The notes under the pieces: generated by a model | What the model saw: the letters and a program-made list of their open reading frames with translations, nothing else | The model's database searches: none | Told to the model about the DNA's origin: nothing | DNA from: Octopus bimaculoides | Lineage: Eukaryota | Reading direction: 5' to 3' | Assembly: GCF_001194135.2 (NCBI RefSeq) | Contig: NC_068981.1 | Coordinates: 156,178,409 to 156,220,173, forward strand | DNA: 41,765 bases | Program-made: the position numbers and the translations under genes | In this document: one piece after another, positions 37,832 to 41,765 of the stretch | Layout: the number at the start of each line of letters is the position of its first letter | Position numbering within the stretch: the first letter of the stretch is position 1

Positions 37832-38103
37832 GGCACTCCGTCGCTTACGACGTCGAGGGTTCCAGTTGATCCGATCAACGGAACATCTTGCTCGTGAAAT
37901 TAACGTGCAAGTGGCTGAGCACACCACAGACACGTGTACCCTTAACGTAGTTCTCGGGGATATTCAGCGTGACACAGTGTGACAAGGCTGACCCTTTGAA
38001 TTACAGGCACAACAGAAACAGGAAGTAAGAGTGAGAGAAAGTTGTGGTGGAAGAGTACAGCAGGGTTCGCCACCATCCCTTGCCGGAGCCTCGTGGAGCT
38101 TTT
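37832..38103 (-). mobile_element. Retroposon 3' fragment ending in a (CAA)n tail
   Basis: 37832-38002 is the reverse complement of ~37390-37558. The remainder differs and lacks the tRNA head. It adjoins a (GTT)n tract. Confidence 0.6.
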
Positions 38104-38167
38104 AAAATACATACATGCATACATACATACATACATACATACATACGTACTGCCTGAAATCAACTGC

Positions 38168-38198
<31 letters not shown>

Positions 38199-38509
38199 CT
38201 TCTCTCTCTCTCTCGCACTCTCTTTCTCTCTTCCTCGCTCTCCCTTTCTCTCTCTCTCTGGTTCACTCTTTCAGGGCGGTGGTTGATGTAAAAGNNNNNN
38301 NNNNCAGCAGTTTTTGATCAGATATATAGATATATGCTTCATTATAACAGTGATATTCACAAAGCTTTTACCTTCATAAAGGAACTTTTTTCAGCACGGT
38401 GCATATGTCATAGCATTACAATTGTATAGTAGTGAAACATTGGTAGTGAAACTAAAATACATTATGTTTATATATATTTTCAGTTACCTCAGTTTCAGTT
38501 ACCATCGTG

Positions 38510-39121
38510 CAGACATGGGCAATCTGCAGTCCGGGGGGATGCGAAATTTTTTTTCCCACGAAAGTTCCGGACCCCAGATATGAACTCGTTTGCATACAGC
38601 CAATCAGAGCTCAACTTTCAAACTAATTTATGAGCGCATAATAAGAGATGGGCGATAAGATAATGTCACTTGGGTAAGGAATGACCATGCTTCTTTTCTC
38701 TTTTAATAATGCTTGTTGTTCGTGTTCTTGTTTCAACCATGACTGCTTCTGTGTAGTTATTTATGTTGTTGATTACTTTGCAAAACAGTAAGAGGAGAGG
38801 GTTGCTAGCATATCACCCTCTACACATATTCTTCCCATCTACATCTTTATCATATGGGGGGGCCCTAACAAAATCCGATAAAAGGTATAGATGCAAATCT
38901 AATTATTTGTCTCCTAAAATCAGGCATAACTTGGCGATCGGTCGACTTACAACACCGTTCTTCGTCTTAAGTTTACTTGGTAGAGGGTGTTTGTTAACTT
39001 GACAAGAAGGTCAATGTGAGCTCTGATTGGCTGTATGTAAATGAGTTCGTTACTGGGGTCCAGAATTCTCGGGGAAAAAAAAATTTCACGTCCGTGGAGG
39101 TGGGTCCAAATGACATGTCTA
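38510..39121. mobile_element. Non-autonomous DNA transposon / MITE with ~105 bp imperfect TIRs
   Basis: 38510-38613 (cagacatgggcaa...ggaccccag...gaactcgtttgcatacagccaatcagagctca) is the reverse complement of 39017-39121. No TSD seen. Confidence 0.7.
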
Positions 39122-39582
39122 ACAAAAAATTACCTAGAAATTTTTAGTAGTACGGTCTGCTTCAAGAAAAAATGGTTGCTAATGCCTGCTTTTGAACTAC
39201 GAAGAAACTGCGCTATCAGAAAACATTAGACGAACGTTGTGTCTGGGGAAGAGTCATATTTTTTTTGTGCTTTATAGTTTAACACACACACCGGTAAAAT
39301 TTCCATTTATTTCTTATTTTTATTTTCCTAAAATTTTCGTTGCGTCTTACAAGTGGAAATTTTACCGGTGAACGTGTTAAATTATAAGGCACAAAAAGAA
39401 AATGACTCTCCCCAGACACAACAGAAAATGCTTCAACACACGAACTCACATAAAGAATCTTGCAAACCAAATCCCAAAACGAAATTAGATGAATGTCTAT
39501 ATGAAAATTAACAATCTTGCTGTAACTAAGTAAAGTATATAGATGGCGTGTGTATGAGATGAACAAGTACTACAAACTGATT

Positions 39583-39633
<51 letters not shown>
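39583..39633. repeat. (TAG)n microsatellite
   Basis: Read directly from the sequence. Confidence 0.95.
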
Positions 39634-39634
<1 letters not shown>

Positions 39635-40189
39635 ATATAAACACAAAGGTGCTTATATCTTTCAAAAGTGAAACTTAATTGGTTAGATAATATGAGCGAT
39701 ATGATGGGAGATAAGCTGTTATAGATTAGATCAGAGATGTATTGGCGAGTCCAAATCATGCCGTATGGAGCGGGGGGAAGCAATTTTTTGGGCCCCTGTT
39801 CCAAAATGTGAATTTGGTATTAACATCATCTTGTTATATTCTTATATTCTCTTTTCGTTGTCGAGTTTCTTACTTGAAGTCGAGCCTCTTACCTTTGGGA
39901 GTGAATTACAACTAGTAATCTTCATCCGTAATTAACTGTTGCTATTTTCGTTATTCTTATTGTTCTTGTCGCCATTGTTATTTTGTTGTTGTTGTTAAAT
40001 CTGATAGAATGGCAGTACATTTCTCTCCATCACCTTCCTTTCCGAATGCAACTTACAAAAGATCAAGACTAGGTCAAAAAGGCAAGTATTTAGCTTTAAT
40101 TCTTTCAATTACATCTACCACAGAGATAACTTAGGCGTTAAATAAAACACTATGAACACCACCACCACCAACAACAACAACAGTTTGGT

Positions 40190-40860
40190 TCCTTCAATGA
40201 ACTCTCTCATAATTCAGATATACTTAAGGAGATAGACTTTAAATGCAAGATCCATTCCCATCTGCACTGTCTTTATTTTCCAAAAATATCGGTTGGCCAC
40301 AGCTACTAAGCAATTAAATTGTCAGCATTCCAGCTCTAAGGGTGACAGAGGGCCAACTCTCTTAATAGATTCGACCAAAAGGGGGATTCGTCCTGCACAT
40401 AACAACAATTGTTCGATATTGCTCCACAAGCCAACAATGCTCGGATCATGAATGAATGCGTGCACAATGGTTCCCTAGCTTTGCACATATTTCGGAGAGA
40501 CCTGACTAACGGCCCTCTGTACTCGCAGAAGTTACCTTAAGCCAGCAATGGCTCCGTGGAACAGCCAATTCAGGGATTTCTGAAAGTAATCCATAGACCC
40601 TCAAATCAAAAGTCCACTGAAGCTAACCAGCTAGATGAGTCTCGTCTATGCCTTGAGGTTCCTGAGAACGTTGTCACACTTTCTCATCGTGTCGATGATA
40701 ACGGGAAAGCTCCACCGGTTGTGTTTCCTGATAAAGAGCCGAGAGTGACTAATAACATTTCAGATGTTTTCATTTGATCCAGAGCAGCAATTCAGTTTAA
40801 GGGATGATGATTGACCCTATCGAAAGATTTCGATTGACCCAAATTGGTTAGATCTTCGCC
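40190..40860 (-). mobile_element. Degenerate L1/Tx1-like LINE ORF2 remnant
   Basis: Minus-strand LGQSKSFDRVNHH (40803-40845) resembles the RT motif LDQ.KAFDRV.H. It is followed by MDYFQKSLNWL and VSQVSPKYVQS*GTIVHAFIHDP (decayed C-terminal zinc knuckle), with stops and frameshifts. Confidence 0.6.
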
Positions 40861-40876
40861 GTAGTCAGGATTATTA

Positions 40877-41516
40877 TGTAGTGAACACTTCTCTCACTAT
40901 ATATATTAACAGGCGAGCGTAGTAGAAAGCAACTCATTCCCTGTCATCACCTGACTGACTATTCTTTGCGCGGGTAAATTATCTCCAGTCCGTTCACCCC
41001 AGGACACAAACCGACCAACCGCAGCCCCTAATGAGGTCACGTGAGAGTGTTTCTTCTAATGCTTTCCTGGAGCCCCTATTTTCCTATAAATAGCCTGCGA
41101 GATACCCGCCAATTCGTCGCGGCTCAGATCTCTGAGATCTGGTCATCTGACCACAGACGCGTAACACGGCACCAACCAACCAGCCAGTTTCCAGCGACGA
41201 CATCGACACCATCGTCCAACTACGACTACCAGCATCGCCGCCAGCGTCAACATGACTCTACACGTACACAAGCTACCAACAGCTAACCAAACAACTACCG
41301 TAGCACTTCTCGACCCTGTTGTGTGATTTGCTCTCCACGAAACCAACAGCCAGAATTCAACCTGCGAAGAACATCTGTATTCAAGAAACCGGCGCGGCAT
41401 CGAAGCCCCAACATCACGAGTGACCGCTCTGCCTTAACGCCTTAACTTCTTATATACAGACACTTACCACTGTGTACTCTAACTAAGAACTGGTATAGTT
41501 CCTTATACGTGTTACT
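40877..41516 (+). mobile_element. Putative solo LTR (or promoter/first exon of a downstream gene)
   Basis: CpG-rich island starting TGTAGTG, with GGTCACGTGA (E-box) at ~41036, TATAAATAG at ~41085 and a GTTAC end. No TSD found. Confidence 0.35.
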
Positions 41517-41765
41517 GACTCTATTCAATACTATGTATCTCTCGCATTCACATACATGTATTACTCGCACACACTCCTTTGTTTACATGACGGCCAGTCT
41601 TATATTGTGTTTTATTATGTCGCATTCACACACACACACAGACATACAGTTTAATGCTACAATAAATCTTACTGTTATACATCTTCATCGGTTGCGTTCC
41701 TATCTTGTATCTTACTGGCAAATTTCTTAGTTCTCTATGTTATAGAATTATAACATACTAGCAGA

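Overview
AT-rich, microsatellite- and SINE-dense animal genomic DNA with three N gaps, most consistent with an octopod (coleoid cephalopod) scaffold. One protein-coding gene is supported. It lies on the + strand, has 9 coding exons (8221-29456, all GT-AG, frames join, 1044 nt = 347 aa) and encodes a CRAL-TRIO (SEC14) + GOLD protein. From memory it closely matches squid retinal-binding protein (RALBP), the retinal shuttle of the rhodopsin-retinochrome system. The gene looks like a SEC14L2/3/4-type gene that lost its first three coding exons and now starts at a formerly internal Met. A candidate non-coding first exon and promoter lie near 3.36-3.51 kb. The rest is transposable-element debris: several tRNA-derived SINE families, RLE-type, Tx1/L1-like and RTE-like LINE fragments, a Tc1/mariner remnant, a MITE and two LTR-like promoter islands. 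There are also inverted-repeat structures and tandem repeats. Most ORFs in the supplied track are microsatellite artefacts. I found no convincing wholly new system. The best leads are the origin and regulation of the RALBP gene and the dsRNA/hairpin structures around it. Family assignments are from recall, not database searches.
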